From Escherichia coli (GTDB lineage: Bacteria; Pseudomonadota; Gammaproteobacteria; Enterobacterales; Enterobacteriaceae), in NCBI RefSeq assembly GCF_003334305.1, contig NZ_QOWS01000002.1: DNA of 64,000 nucleotides, one strand, 5' to 3'. The translations under genes were made by a program, and so were the position numbers. This document shows, piece after piece, positions 1 through 14,104 of the stretch (position 1 is its first letter; each line of letters opens with the position of its first letter). The notes beneath the pieces are model-generated. The model was not told the origin of the DNA. It did not search any database and saw only the letters and a program-made list of their open reading frames with translations.

Positions 1-599
1 TTCAGCGTCAGGAAGCTCAGGTAACGAATAGCCGCTTTCTCTTCAGCGCTTAAATCCAGCGCGCGCAGCATACCTGCATTTTCCAACTGGGGCAGGCATT
101 TTTCCAGGACCGCCAGCTCAGCTTTCGCGTCTTTATCGCCACCTTTGGCTTTCTTCTGTACGCGATGAATCGCACGTTCGCAGGTGTCGAGGTCTGCCAG
201 CGCCAGTTCGGTGTTGATAACTTCAATATCGTCAGCCGGGTTAACTTTGCCGGAAACGTGAATGATGTTGTCATTTTCAAAGCAGCGAACAACGTGACCG
301 ATCGCTTCGGTTTCACGGATGTTGGTCAGGAACTGGTTACCCAGACCTTCGCCTTTCGATGCGCCTTTTACCAGACCGGCGATATCGACAAATTCCATGG
401 TCGTGGGAAGCGTACGTTGCGGTTTTACGATTTCAGCCAGTTGATCCAGGCGAGGGTCAGGCATTGGTACGACGCCTGTGTTCGGCTCAATGGTGCAGAA
501 TGGAAAGTTGGCCGCTTCAATACCGGCTTTGGTCAGCGCGTTGAACAGGGTAGATTTCCCGACGTTGGGCAAACCGACGATACCGCATTTGAATCCCAT
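1..599 (-). CDS. ychF: Ribosome-binding ATPase YchF (Obg-family), 5' part only; gene continues beyond window start
   Basis: Reverse-strand translation from ATG at complement(597..599) reads [20 protein letters not shown] (P-loop); runs off the window edge so absent from the ORF track. Confidence 0.9.
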
Positions 600-715
600 G
601 ATTTAAATCACCTTAATATCTTAATAATCAAACTGTTATTGCTAACAGATTGCAGAAATGGAAATAACTTTGCCTATTATACACGGCACTCGGCAAAAAT
701 GCCGCAGACAACGAC

Positions 716-1300
716 TTATTGCGCTTTAAAGGCGTGCAATCGGTTCGTTGCTTTGGTCAAGCCATCTGTAAACCACATTTCAGTACAACGCGCCGCTTCG
801 TCGATGGCTTCATCAATTAACTTCTGTTCACTAACAGGCGGTTTGCCTAACACAAAACCGACAACTTTATTTTTATCGCCCGGATGACCGATTCCGATGC
901 GTAAACGGTGAAAGTTAGGGTTATTACCCAATTTACTGATGATGTCTTTCAGTCCATTGTGACCACCATGGCCACCGCCCAATTTAAATTTGGCGACGCC
1001 AGGAGGCAGATCCAGTTCGTCGTGGGCCACCAGAATTTCGTCCGGATTAATGCGGAAAAAACTGGCCATCGCCGCAACGGCTTTGCCGCTGAGATTCATA
1101 AATGTAGTCGGGACTAACAGGCGGACATCTTCGCCTCCAAGAGTGACTCGCGAAGTATAACCAAAGAATTTAGCCTCTTCGCGCAGCGGAGCGCGCAAAC
1201 GCTCTGCCAGTAAGTCAACGAACCAGGCACCAGCATTATGTCGCGTTGCGGCGTATTCAGCACCGGGGTTCGCCAGGCCGACAATCAATTTAATCGTCAC
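716..1300 (-). CDS. pth: Peptidyl-tRNA hydrolase
   Basis: Track ORF 194 aa, [24 protein letters not shown]...; recognised Pth sequence and length. Confidence 0.95.
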
Positions 1301-1577
1301 GTTTTTTTGTCCTGAGTGTGTACATAACTGGCGCGTAGTTTACTGGTTGCGGCCCCGCTTGACAAAAAACTGCGTATCAAATGCAGATAACGTAATAATT
1401 GCCTGAGTGGACTATTAGAAAGTCAAGGTGTTCAGGCGTTTATTTGTAAAGTTTTGTTGAAATAAGGGTTGTAATTGTGATCACGCCCGCACATAACCCA
1501 CAGGGTGTTGTCTATACTTTACACATAAGGAAGAGGGGTATTCCCTGTTACAACCCAGAAAGTTCCGGAGGTGACAT

Positions 1578-1856
1578 ATGAAACGCAAAAACGCTTCGTT
1601 ACTCGGTAACGTGCTCATGGGGTTGGGTCTGGTGGTAATGGTGGTCGGCGTGGGGTATTCAATCCTCAACCAGTTACCACAGTTTAATATGCCCCAGTAT
1701 TTCGCACATGGTGCAGTGCTAAGTATTTTCGTCGGTGCCATTCTCTGGCTGGCGGGTGCCCGTGTTGGCGGGCATGAACAGGTGTGCGACCGTTACTGGT
1801 GGGTTCGCCACTATGACAAACGTTGCCGCCGTAGCGATAATCGCCGTCATAGCTAA
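1578..1856 (+). CDS. ychH: Small membrane protein YchH
   Basis: Track ORF 92 aa with hydrophobic core; expected position between pth and dauA. Confidence 0.85.
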   Translation: MKRKNASLLGNVLMGLGLVVMVVGVGYSILNQLPQFNMPQYFAHGAVLSIFVGAILWLAGARVGGHEQVCDRYWWVRHYDKRCRRSDNRRHS

Positions 1857-1874
1857 CAAATAATGCAGTTTGCT

Positions 1875-1900
1875 GACCAGTCAGTTTGCGCTGACTGGTC
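1875..1900. terminator. Inverted repeat between convergent ychH and dauA, probable bidirectional terminator
   Basis: gaccagtcagtttgcgctgactggtc palindrome directly between the two stop codons. Confidence 0.45.
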
Positions 1901-1910
1901 AATCTCGTAC

Positions 1911-3590
1911 TTATAAATCCGCCATCGCCGCGCGACGATTCGGGAAGAACGCCAGGCGTCCCGGGATCGGTTGAATGCCAGCGCGAGCCATAGTGCGCAG
2001 TGGCTGGAATTCCACGTTGCACACGCGCAGTTCACATCCCTCGGGCAGACGCTTCACAAAACGCTGGAACGCATCAAGACCACCAGCATCAAGTACCGGA
2101 ACCGCATCCCACTTCAGAATCACAATCCGTTTTCCTTCCAGACGTGACTCCAGGTCCGTGAACAAGCCTTCAGCAGCAGCAAAAAACAGCGGGCCAATAA
2201 CGCGCAGTACCAGAACATCGTCTGGAACATCTACGACTACCGGTGCCAGGCGAGTCATACGTGCGATACGACGCATAAACAGCAGCGATGCCAGCACGAT
2301 CCCCACGCTGATGGCAATAACCATATCAAACAGCACGGTCAGCGACATGCACAGCAGCATGACAATGATGTCATCTTTCGGTGCATGACGCAGCAAGTCG
2401 ACCACTTTATGCGCTTCACTCATGTTCCACGCCACCATCAACAGCAGGGCTGCCATAGCGGAAAGCGGCAGCCAGGAGAGCAGCGGTGCCAGTACCAGCA
2501 GGGCAAGAATAACCAGAATAGAGTGGATCACCGCTGAGATAGGGGAAGTTGCCCCGGCACGGACGTTAGCGGCAGAACGCGCGATGGCAGCTGTAGCGGT
2601 AATACCACCAAAGAACGGAGCGATAATATTCCCCAGTCCCTGTCCAACCAGTTCGCTGTTCGCCTTGTGTTTCGTCCCGGTCATACCATCCAGTACCACG
2701 GCGCAGAGCAGAGATTCGATTGCGCCGAGCATTGCCATTGAGAATGCCGCAGGCAGCAGTGTGCGAATAGAATCCCAGGTTAGCGTGAATTCTGAATTAG
2801 GCAGATCCCACGGCAGCACCAGTTGCGGCAGCAGTTGCGGAATACCGTTACCCTGAGAACCATCGGCCAGGACGTAGTGGAATTGCGAACCGATGGTAGC
2901 AACATGTCCGCCGAGCAGGTTAACAATCCCCATCACCGCGCAACCAGCCAGCAAGGCCGGAAGGTGACCGGGTAAACGAATGCCCAGACGCGGCCAAAAA
3001 ACAAGAATACCTAGCGTCACAATGCCAATGGCAGCATCACCCACATTAATGGTCGGCAGCGCCATAAATAATGCGCCGACTTTTTGTAGATAATGTTCCG
3101 GGACATGGGCCATTTGCAGACCGAGAAAATCTTTAATCTGCATGGTACCGATGGTGATCCCGATACCCGAGGTGAAACCTAAGGTGACGGAAACCGGAAT
3201 ATACTCAATCAGGCGACCAAAGCGTGCCAGACCCATCAGAATCAAAAAAATCCCCGACAGCAAGGTCGCAACCAGCAGTCCTGCCAGTCCAAACTGTTGC
3301 GACACGGGATAGAGAATTACCACAAATGCCGCAGTCGGACCGGAAACGCTAAAGCGTGACCCACCCGTCAGAGCAATGACAATCCCCGCAACAGCTGCGG
3401 TATATAAACCGTACTGGGGTGCCACACCACTACCAATAGCCAACGCCATCGCCAGCGGGATAGCAATAATCCCGACGGTTATCCCGGCAATCAGGTCACG
3501 GGTAAACCGTGCGGCAGTATATTTTTCTTTCCAGCAAGCGTCGATCAGAGCGCGGAAAGGCATCACATGTGAGGAAAATATTTTGTTCAC
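1911..3590 (-). CDS. dauA: SulP-family C4-dicarboxylate transporter DauA (YchM)
   Basis: Track ORF 559 aa, polytopic membrane region followed by C-terminal STAS-like region; expected position. Confidence 0.9.
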
Positions 3591-3673
3591 AATAATGTTT
3601 CATCCGTGAGCGCATCATCTGTCAACTAAATGGCAGGTGAAGGAGGCATAGGTCATACAAATGGATATTACAG

Positions 3674-3698
3674 ACAAAAAAACCCGCCGCAGCGGGTC
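3674..3698 (-). terminator. Rho-independent terminator after prs
   Basis: GC hairpin acccgccgcagcgggt preceded on the plus strand by an A-run (T-run on the minus strand). Confidence 0.5.
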
Positions 3699-3714
3699 TT
3701 TGAGCCGGGTTCGA

Positions 3715-4788
<1,074 letters not shown>

Positions 4789-4812
4789 TCACCGAAACTC
4801 AGCTTGCCCGGC

Positions 4813-5663
4813 TTAAAGCATGGCTCTGTGCAATGGGGAAAGATTAACGCCTTTCGCCACAAAGCCATTGAGCCATTCCGGGGCTTGCTCTAGCACCTGG
4901 CGGGCTTCAGACTCTGTATCAAATTCAGCAAAGACACAGGCCCCTGTCCCAGTCAGGCGCGACGGGGCGTATTCTAACAGCCAGGAAAGCACCGCATCAA
5001 CCTCGCGAAAACGTTTTCTTGCGATAACCTCGCAATCATTGCTGAATTCACATTTTAGCAACGTTTCTATTGACCTTTTTGGCGTATTGCGCGGGAGTTC
5101 AGGATCTTTAAAAATCACCGGAGTCGGAATACTTACACCAGGGTGCGCCACCAGATACCACTTCTCTGGCGGATCCACCGGCGTTAGTATTTCACCAACG
5201 CCTTCGGCAAACGCGGCATGCCCCCGAACAAAGACAGGAACATCTGCGCCCAGCGTCAGCCCCATTTCCGCCAGCTCATCCATGCTTAGCCCGCATTGCC
5301 AGAGATGATTTAATGCCACCAGGACCGTCGCGGCATTGGATGAACCACCGCCGAGACCGCCGCCCATCGGCAAACGCTTGTCAATGCTGATATTCGCACC
5401 GCTTCCCGTCGGAAGACGCCCGCTGTCTGCCGCAGTTTTTATCAACAATCGCGCTGCGCGAACGATCAGGTTATCTTCATGTTCCACGCCTTCAACGGGC
5501 GTTAACAGACGAATATCCCCATCGTCACGAAGCTCAATGCTGATGGTGTCGCCGTAATCAAGAAACTGAAACAGCGTTTGCAGCGTGTGGTAACCATCCG
5601 CACGCTGACCGGTAATGTATAAAAACAGATTAAGTTTTGCCGGAGAGGGCCACTGTGTCCGCA

Positions 5664-5664
<1 letters not shown>
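4813..5664 (-). CDS. ispE: 4-diphosphocytidyl-2-C-methyl-D-erythritol kinase
   Basis: Track ORF 283 aa [26 protein letters not shown]..., GHMP kinase motifs; 1-nt overlap with lolB stop. Confidence 0.92.
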
Positions 5665-6356
<692 letters not shown>

Positions 6357-6500
6357 CTATGTTCAAGTTGTCTTAATTGCCAGAATCTAACGGCTTTCGG
6401 CAATTACTCCAAAAGGGGGCGCTCTCTTTTATTGATCTTACGCATCCTGTATGATGCAAGCAGACTAACCCTATCAACGTTGGTATTATTTCCCGCAGAC

Positions 6501-7757
6501 ATGACCCTTTTAGCACTCGGTATCAACCATAAAACGGCACCTGTATCGCTGCGAGAACGTGTATCGTTTTCGCCGGATAAGCTCGATCAGGCGCTTGACA
6601 GCCTGCTTGCGCAGCCGATGGTGCAGGGCGGCGTGGTGCTGTCGACGTGCAACCGCACGGAACTTTATCTTAGCGTTGAAGAGCAGGATAACCTGCAAGA
6701 GGCGTTAATCCGCTGGCTTTGCGATTATCACAATCTTAATGAAGAAGATCTGCGTAAAAGCCTCTACTGGCATCAGGATAACGACGCGGTTAGCCATTTA
6801 ATGCGTGTTGCCAGCGGCCTGGATTCACTGGTTCTTGGGGAGCCGCAGATCCTCGGTCAGGTTAAAAAAGCGTTTGCCGATTCGCAAAAAGGTCATATGA
6901 AGGCCAGCGAACTGGAACGCATGTTCCAGAAATCTTTCTCTGTAGCGAAACGCGTTCGCACTGAAACAGATATCGGTGCCAGTGCTGTGTCTGTCGCTTT
7001 TGCGGCTTGTACGCTGGCGCGGCAGATCTTTGAATCGCTCTCTACGGTCACAGTGTTGCTGGTAGGCGCGGGCGAAACCATCGAGCTGGTAGCGCGTCAT
7101 CTGCGCGAACATAAAGTACAGAAGATGATTATCGCCAACCGCACTCGCGAACGTGCCCAAATTCTGGCAGATGAAGTTGGCGCGGAAGTGATTGCCCTGA
7201 GTGAGATCGACGAACGTCTGCGCGAAGCCGATATCATCATCAGTTCCACCGCCAGCCCGTTACCGATTATCGGGAAAGGCATGGTGGAGCGCGCATTAAA
7301 AAGCCGTCGCAACCAACCAATGCTGTTGGTGGATATTGCCGTTCCGCGCGATGTTGAGCCGGAAGTTGGCAAACTGGCGAATGCTTATCTTTATAGTGTG
7401 GACGATCTGCAAAGCATCATTTCGCACAACCTGGCGCAGCGTAAAGCCGCAGCGGTTGAGGCGGAAACTATTGTCGCTCAGGAAACCAGCGAATTTATGG
7501 CGTGGCTGCGAGCACAAAGCGCCAGCGAAACCATTCGCGAGTATCGCAGCCAGGCAGAGCACGTTCGCGATGAGTTAACCGCCAAAGCGTTAGCGGCCCT
7601 TGAGCAGGGCGGCGACGCGCAAGCCATTATGCAGGATCTGGCATGGAAACTGACTAACCGCTTGATCCATGCGCCAACGAAATCACTTCAACAGGCCGCC
7701 CGTGACGGGGATAACGAACGCCTGAATATTCTGCGCGACAGCCTCGGGCTGGAGTAG
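6501..7757 (+). CDS. hemA: Glutamyl-tRNA reductase
   Basis: Track ORF (484 aa) trimmed to internal ATG at 6501 giving [21 protein letters not shown]..., 418 aa; recognised HemA. Confidence 0.92.
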
Positions 7758-7798
7758 CAGTACATCATTTTCTTTTTTTACAGGGTGCATTTACGCCT

Positions 7799-8881
7799 AT
7801 GAAGCCTTCTATCGTTGCCAAACTGGAAGCCCTGCATGAACGCCATGAAGAAGTTCAGGCGTTGCTGGGTGACGCGCAAACTATCGCCGACCAGGAACGT
7901 TTTCGCGCATTATCACGCGAATATGCGCAGTTAAGTGATGTTTCGCGCTGTTTTACCGACTGGCAACAGGTTCAGGAAGATATCGAAACCGCACAGATGA
8001 TGCTCGATGATCCTGAAATGCGTGAGATGGCGCAGGATGAACTGCGCGAAGCTAAAGAAAAAAGCGAGCAACTGGAACAGCAATTACAGGTTCTGTTACT
8101 GCCAAAAGATCCTGATGACGAACGTAACGCCTTCCTCGAAGTCCGAGCCGGAACCGGCGGCGACGAAGCGGCGCTGTTCGCAGGCGATCTGTTCCGTATG
8201 TACAGCCGTTACGCCGAAGCCCGCCGCTGGCGGGTAGAAATCATGAGCGCCAGCGAGGGTGAACATGGTGGTTATAAAGAGATCATCGCCAAAATTAGCG
8301 GTGATGGTGTGTATGGTCGTCTGAAATTTGAATCTGGCGGTCATCGCGTGCAGCGTGTTCCTGCTACGGAATCGCAGGGTCGTATTCATACTTCTGCTTG
8401 TACCGTTGCGGTAATGCCAGAACTGCCTGACGCAGAACTGCCGGACATCAACCCAGCAGATTTACGCATTGATACTTTCCGCTCGTCAGGGGCGGGTGGT
8501 CAGCACGTTAACACCACCGATTCGGCAATTCGTATTACTCACTTGCCGACCGGGATTGTTGTTGAATGTCAGGATGAACGTTCACAACATAAAAACAAAG
8601 CGAAGGCGCTTTCAGTGCTCGGTGCTCGCATCCACGCTGCTGAAATGGCAAAACGCCAACAGGCCGAAGCGTCTACCCGTCGTAACCTGCTGGGGAGTGG
8701 CGATCGCAGCGACCGTAACCGTACTTACAATTTCCCGCAGGGGCGCGTTACCGATCACCGCATCAACCTGACGCTCTACCGCCTGGATGAAGTGATGGAA
8801 GGTAAGCTGGATATGCTGATTGAACCGATTATCCAGGAACATCAGGCCGACCAACTGGCGGCGTTGTCCGAGCAGGAATAA
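7799..8881 (+). CDS. prfA: Peptide chain release factor 1
   Basis: Track ORF 360 aa containing the GGQ motif ([11 protein letters not shown]). Confidence 0.95.
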
Positions 8882-9714
8882 TGGAATATCAACACTGGTT
8901 ACGTGAAGCAATAAGCCAACTTCAGGCGAGCGAAAGCCCGCGGCGTGATGCTGAAATCCTGCTGGAGCATGTTACCGGCAGAGGGCGTACTTTTATTCTC
9001 GCCTTTGGTGAAACGCAGCTGACTGACGAACAATGTCAGCAACTTGATGCGCTACTGACACGTCGTCGCGATGGTGAACCCATTGCTCATTTAACCGGGG
9101 TGCGAGAATTCTGGTCGTTGCCGTTATTTGTTTCGCCAGCGACCTTAATTCCGCGCCCGGATACGGAGTGTCTGGTGGAGCAGGCACTGGCGCGGTTGCC
9201 TGAACAACCTTGCCGTATTCTTGATCTCGGGACGGGTACCGGGGCGATTGCGCTTGCGCTGGCTAGCGAGCGCCCGGACTGCGAAATTATCGCTGTAGAT
9301 CGTATGCCTGATTCTGTCTCCCTGGCACAACGTAATGCCCAGCATCTGGCGATCAAAAATATCCACATTCTGCAAAGCGACTGGTTTAGCGCGCTAGCCG
9401 GGCAGCAGTTTGCGATGATTGTCAGCAATCCGCCGTATATTGACGAGCAGGACCCACATCTTCAACAAGGCGATGTCCGCTTTGAGCCGCTCACTGCGCT
9501 GGTTGCGGCAGACAGTGGAATGGCAGACATCGTGCATATCATCGAACAGTCGCGTAACGCGCTGGTATCCGGCGGCTTTCTGCTTCTGGAACATGGCTGG
9601 CAGCAGGGCGAAGCGGTGCGACAAGCATTTATCCTCGCGGGGTATCATGACGTCGAAACCTGCCGTGACTATGGTGATAACGAGCGCGTAACGCTCGGCC
9701 GCTATTATCAATGA
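8881..9714 (+). CDS. prmC: Release factor glutamine N5-methyltransferase PrmC (HemK)
   Basis: Track ORF 277 aa with NPPY motif and SAM-binding DLGTGTG; start overlaps prfA stop. Confidence 0.93.
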   Translation: MEYQHWLREAISQLQASESPRRDAEILLEHVTGRGRTFILAFGETQLTDEQCQQLDALLTRRRDGEPIAHLTGVREFWSLPLFVSPATLIPRPDTECLVEQALARLPEQPCRILDLGTGTGAIALALASERPDCEIIAVDRMPDSVSLAQRNAQHLAIKNIHILQSDWFSALAGQQFAMIVSNPPYIDEQDPHLQQGDVRFEPLTALVAADSGMADIVHIIEQSRNALVSGGFLLLEHGWQQGEAVRQAFILAGYHDVETCRDYGDNERVTLGRYYQ

Positions 9715-10103
9715 CAAGTTTTTCTACACTGCTTAGTGTTCATCTTATTAGTCTCGCGCTTTCTGTTGGGCTATTAACCTTACGTTTCTGGCTACGTTAT
9801 CAGAAGCATCCACAGGCATTTGCTCGCTGGACGCGCATTGTGCCGCCGGTTGTCGATACGGTGTTATTGTTAAGCGGCATTGCGTTGATGGCTAAAGCGC
9901 ACATCCTGCCATTTTCCGGGCAGGCACAGTGGCTGACTGAAAAGCTGTTTGGAGTTATCATTTATATCGTTTTGGGTTTTATTGCACTCGATTATCGTCG
10001 TATGCACAGTCAGCAGGCGCGCATTATTGCCTTCCCGCTGGCGTTGGTGGTGCTGTACATCATCATTAAACTCGCCACCACAAAAGTACCGTTACTGGGG
10101 TAA
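9711..10103 (+). CDS. sirB2: Inner-membrane protein SirB2 (YchQ)
   Basis: Track ORF 130 aa, hydrophobic; overlaps prmC stop. Confidence 0.8.
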   Translation: MTSFSTLLSVHLISLALSVGLLTLRFWLRYQKHPQAFARWTRIVPPVVDTVLLLSGIALMAKAHILPFSGQAQWLTEKLFGVIIYIVLGFIALDYRRMHSQQARIIAFPLALVVLYIIIKLATTKVPLLG

Positions 10104-10106
10104 GTC

Positions 10107-10916
10107 ATGAGATCGTTAGCTGATTTCGAATTTAATAAAGCGCCATTGTGCGAAGGCATGATCCTGGCTTGCGAAGCAATCCGCCGCGATTTTCCCTCGC
10201 AAGATGTTTACGACGAACTGGAGCGTCTCGTTAGTCTGGCGAAGGAAGAAATCAGCCAGCTTCTGCCTTTAGAAGAGCAGCTGGAAAAACTGATCGCGCT
10301 GTTTTACGGCGACTGGGGATTTAAAGCCTCACGCGGCGTTTATCGTCTTTCCGATGCATTATGGCTGGACCAGGTGTTAAAGAATCGACAGGGCAGTGCG
10401 GTATCATTAGGTGCGGTTTTATTATGGGTCGCGAATCGTCTCGATTTGCCGCTGCTGCCGGTGATTTTCCCTACGCAGCTGATATTGCGCATTGAATGTC
10501 CGGATGGCGAAATTTGGCTGATTAATCCTTTTAACGGTGAATCGTTAAGCGAACATATGCTGGACGTATGGTTAAAGGGAAATATCAGCCCGTCGGCGGA
10601 ACTGTTTTATGAAGACCTTGATGAAGCTGATAACATTGAGGTAATCCGCAAATTGCTGGATACACTCAAAGCCTCGTTGATGGAAGAAAATCAGATGGAG
10701 CTGGCGTTACGCACCAGCGAAGCTTTATTACAATTCAACCCTGAAGATCCCTATGAAATTCGCGATCGCGGGTTGATTTATGCGCAACTGGATTGCGAAC
10801 ACGTTGCGTTGAACGATTTAAGTTATTTCGTTGAACAGTGTCCGGAAGACCCGATCAGCGAAATGATCCGTGCGCAAATAAATAACATCGCGCATAAACA
10901 TATTGTGCTGCATTAA
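10107..10916 (+). CDS. sirB1: SirB1 (YchA), transglutaminase-like/TPR protein
   Basis: Track ORF 269 aa; conserved position upstream of kdsA. Confidence 0.8.
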   Translation: MRSLADFEFNKAPLCEGMILACEAIRRDFPSQDVYDELERLVSLAKEEISQLLPLEEQLEKLIALFYGDWGFKASRGVYRLSDALWLDQVLKNRQGSAVSLGAVLLWVANRLDLPLLPVIFPTQLILRIECPDGEIWLINPFNGESLSEHMLDVWLKGNISPSAELFYEDLDEADNIEVIRKLLDTLKASLMEENQMELALRTSEALLQFNPEDPYEIRDRGLIYAQLDCEHVALNDLSYFVEQCPEDPISEMIRAQINNIAHKHIVLH

Positions 10917-10942
10917 TTAATCGACATTTTACTCAAGATTAA

Positions 10943-11806
<864 letters not shown>

Positions 11807-11825
11807 TCTTTTTTGCTTGAAAAAT

Positions 11826-11859
11826 AAAGTCTTAGCGTTCTGCGTTAAGACTTTTTTCA
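11826..11859 (+). terminator. Rho-independent terminator after kdsA
   Basis: Hairpin agtcttagcgttctgcgttaagact followed by a T-run. Confidence 0.5.
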
Positions 11860-11954
11860 TGGGTGCCAGATACAAAAAAGGCCGCAGGCTGTTACCCCTG
11901 CGGCCGGTTTCGGGCGCATATTGCCATCACGGCAGCCTGACGCCCGTTTTCACC

Positions 11955-12062
11955 TTACTTCCGGTTACGCCACCAGCCGACAATCGCTGCGGTAATAATC
12001 CCCGCCAGGATCGGTGCTGCCAGGTCGTGCCAGAAAATCATGGCAAACTTCGCGAGCGTCAT
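11955..12062 (-). CDS. ldr: Ldr type I toxin, 35-aa membrane peptide (copy 1)
   Basis: Reverse-strand ORF ATG..TAA translates to MTLAKFAMIFWHDLAAPILAGIITAAIVGWWRNRK; below the track size cut-off; followed by hairpin and T-run at complement(11873..11905). Confidence 0.85.
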   Translation of the reverse strand: MTLAKFAMIFWHDLAAPILAGIITAAIVGWWRNRK

Positions 12063-12107
12063 ATAGCCGCCTTGTTGTAATGACAACATTTTGCGGCTAT
12101 TCTTGAA

Positions 12108-12176
12108 TTGTTGATGGTTCAAGATTAGCCCCCGTTCTGTTGTCAGGTTTTACCTCTCAACGTGCGGGGGTTTTCT
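12108..12176 (+). ncRNA. rdl: Probable Rdl antisense RNA against the ldr 5' leader (copy 1); ends approximate
   Basis: Established ldr/rdl architecture places the antisense RNA opposite the toxin leader; plus-strand G-rich stem with T-run at about 12165..12176; exact ends not determinable by eye. Confidence 0.3.
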
Positions 12177-12490
12177 CTTTCCAGCAACCAATGCCACCAG
12201 GGATAAAGCCCCCGCAACATTGCGCCTCACCGGATAATTCCGGCTTGGTGTGGATACTACGTCTCAATTCATCTTCACTTCATCCCTGAAATGTTTGCAA
12301 TGAAGAGTGCATTCCGGTTTTTCAACAGCTGTTACAGTCGTTTCATGAGGGCTCTGGATGATGCTTCCAGCTCGGGTTGCCAATATTTACTTGTGGAAGA
12401 GATAAAGACAAAAATGGCCGCAGGCTGTTACCCCTGCGGCCGGTTTCGGGCGCATATTGCCATCACGGCAGCCTGACGCCCGTTTTCACC

Positions 12491-12598
12491 TTACTTCCGG
12501 TTACGCCACCAGCCGACAATCGCTGCGGTAATAATCCCCGCCAGGATCGGTGCTGCCAGGTCGTGCCAGAAAATCATGGCAAACTTCGCGAGCGTCAT
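12491..12598 (-). CDS. ldr: Ldr type I toxin, 35-aa peptide (copy 2)
   Basis: Identical 108-nt ORF displaced by 536 nt. Confidence 0.85.
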   Translation of the reverse strand: MTLAKFAMIFWHDLAAPILAGIITAAIVGWWRNRK

Positions 12599-12643
12599 AT
12601 AGCCGCCTTGTTGTAATGACAACATTTTGCGGCTATTCTTGAA

Positions 12644-12712
12644 TTGTTGATGGTTCAAGATTAGCCCCCGTTCTGTTGTCAGGTTTTACCTCTCAACGTG
12701 CGGGGGTTTTCT
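12644..12712 (+). ncRNA. rdl: Probable Rdl antisense RNA (copy 2); ends approximate
   Basis: Same element displaced by 536 nt. Confidence 0.3.
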
Positions 12713-13003
12713 CTTTCCAGCAACCAATGCCACCAGGGATAAAGCCCCCGCAACATTGCGCCTCACCGGATAATTCCGGCTTGGTGTGGATACTACGTCT
12801 CAATTCATCTTCACTTCATCCCTGAAATGTTTGCAATAAAGAGTACATTCCGGCTTTTCAACAGCTGTTGCAGTGGTTTCGTGCAGGTTGTGGTACAGGC
12901 TCGCAATTCTGATTAACGAGCTGTCCAGGTAGTATGAAGAAATACAATAAGCAGGAATTTATCTTATCTCCCCCGATTTCCGTCATCGGAGGAGATATAA
13001 CTG

Positions 13004-14104
13004 TCAGGCAAATATCGTCATCAAATAGGCGGCAAACAGTGCCAGATGCGCTGCGCCATTGAGCACGTTAGTACGTCCGGTGGAGAAGGAGATATGGCAC
13101 AGCACTAAAGAGGCCACCATCACCACCATTTCTGGCGCACCAAGTGCAAACTGTAATTCGTTACCCGTCATAAAGGCAATTAGCGTGACGACAGGTACGG
13201 TAAGCGAAATGGTTGCTAACACTGAACCAAAGAACAGATTCATCGCGCGCTGGACCTGGTTGTTCAACACTGCTTTTAACGCACCTAAACCTTCCGGCGA
13301 CAGAATCAACAGAGCCACCAGGAAGCCAGTAAAGGCGACAGGGGCATTCATGCTGTCGAGCAATGTCTCCAGCGGGCTGGCATTCATTTTGGTGACTGCA
13401 ATAACGGCAATCAGATGGATAATCAACCAGATAGCATGCCACACGCTGCTATGGGCAGACGGTTTACCGTGATGCGGGTCATCGTCATCACTGTCATCTT
13501 CGTGCTCGTAGACAAACAAACTTTGATGCGTTTTGGTCTGGATCAGCAAAAATACGCCATACATTGCCGCAGAAATTAATGCTACCAGTAACGCCTGACC
13601 GGTTGAAAAATTCGCCGCAGGCAGAGCCATTGGAAATACCAGTACGATTATCGCCAGGGGGAACAGCGCAATTAAATACTGCTTGATACCAAACAGATTC
13701 ATATATTGGGTGGCAAACTTACGACCGCCCAACAATAATGAAAAGCCAACCAGCCCACCGGTAACAATCATAATGATTGAATAGAGCGTATCACGCATTA
13801 GCGTTGGCGCGGCGTCGCCGGTTGCCATTAAAGCTGAAATCAAACTGACTTCAAGAATAACCACTGAAAGGCTAAGAATAAGCGAACCGTAAGGTTCTCC
13901 CAGGCGATGGGCTAATACGTCCGCATGACGGACAACACTAAAGGCGCTACTTAAAATACCAATAAGCGCAAGAAGATTGATGGCAATGACCACTGGTAGT
14001 GTCTGGCTGCTTCCCCACAGGAACAGCACTACCAGCGCCAGAACCGGGAAAATAAGCGAAGTCTCCTTGTGGCGGGTTTTTACCGCCTCTTGAGCATTTG
14101 ACAT
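13004..14104 (-). CDS. chaA: Ca2+/H+ (Na+,K+/H+) antiporter ChaA
   Basis: Track ORF (395 aa) trimmed to ATG at complement(14102..14104) giving MSNAQEAVKTRHKETSLIFPVLAL..., 366 aa; polytopic with acidic loop EHEDDSDDDD. Confidence 0.92.
   Translation of the reverse strand: MSNAQEAVKTRHKETSLIFPVLALVVLFLWGSSQTLPVVIAINLLALIGILSSAFSVVRHADVLAHRLGEPYGSLILSLSVVILEVSLISALMATGDAAPTLMRDTLYSIIMIVTGGLVGFSLLLGGRKFATQYMNLFGIKQYLIALFPLAIIVLVFPMALPAANFSTGQALLVALISAAMYGVFLLIQTKTHQSLFVYEHEDDSDDDDPHHGKPSAHSSVWHAIWLIIHLIAVIAVTKMNASPLETLLDSMNAPVAFTGFLVALLILSPEGLGALKAVLNNQVQRAMNLFFGSVLATISLTVPVVTLIAFMTGNELQFALGAPEMVVMVASLVLCHISFSTGRTNVLNGAAHLALFAAYLMTIFA

Larger units (their letters stand above)
11873..12408. repeat. 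Long direct repeat (LDR) unit 1, about 536 bp, carrying an ldr/rdl type I toxin-antitoxin module
   Basis: Near-identical to the following unit over more than 450 bp; the same register shift of 536 nt relates both Ldr CDSs and both hairpins. Confidence 0.85.
12409..12900. repeat. LDR unit 2, diverging from unit 1 over its last ~60 bp before the chaA terminator
   Basis: Direct repeat of 11873..12408 with a few substitutions near 12820..12870; right boundary approximate. Confidence 0.8.

Noticed and set aside
165-887. 240-aa plus-strand ORF at the window start
   Set aside because: Antisense to ychF (clear P-loop GTPase on the minus strand) and reading through the ychF-pth intergenic region.
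11817-12616. Plus-strand ORFs of 87 and 79 aa in the track inside the LDR units
   Set aside because: They overlap the well-supported 35-aa Ldr toxin ORFs on the opposite strand and their ends; the repeated translation is a consequence of the DNA repeat, not evidence of a gene.
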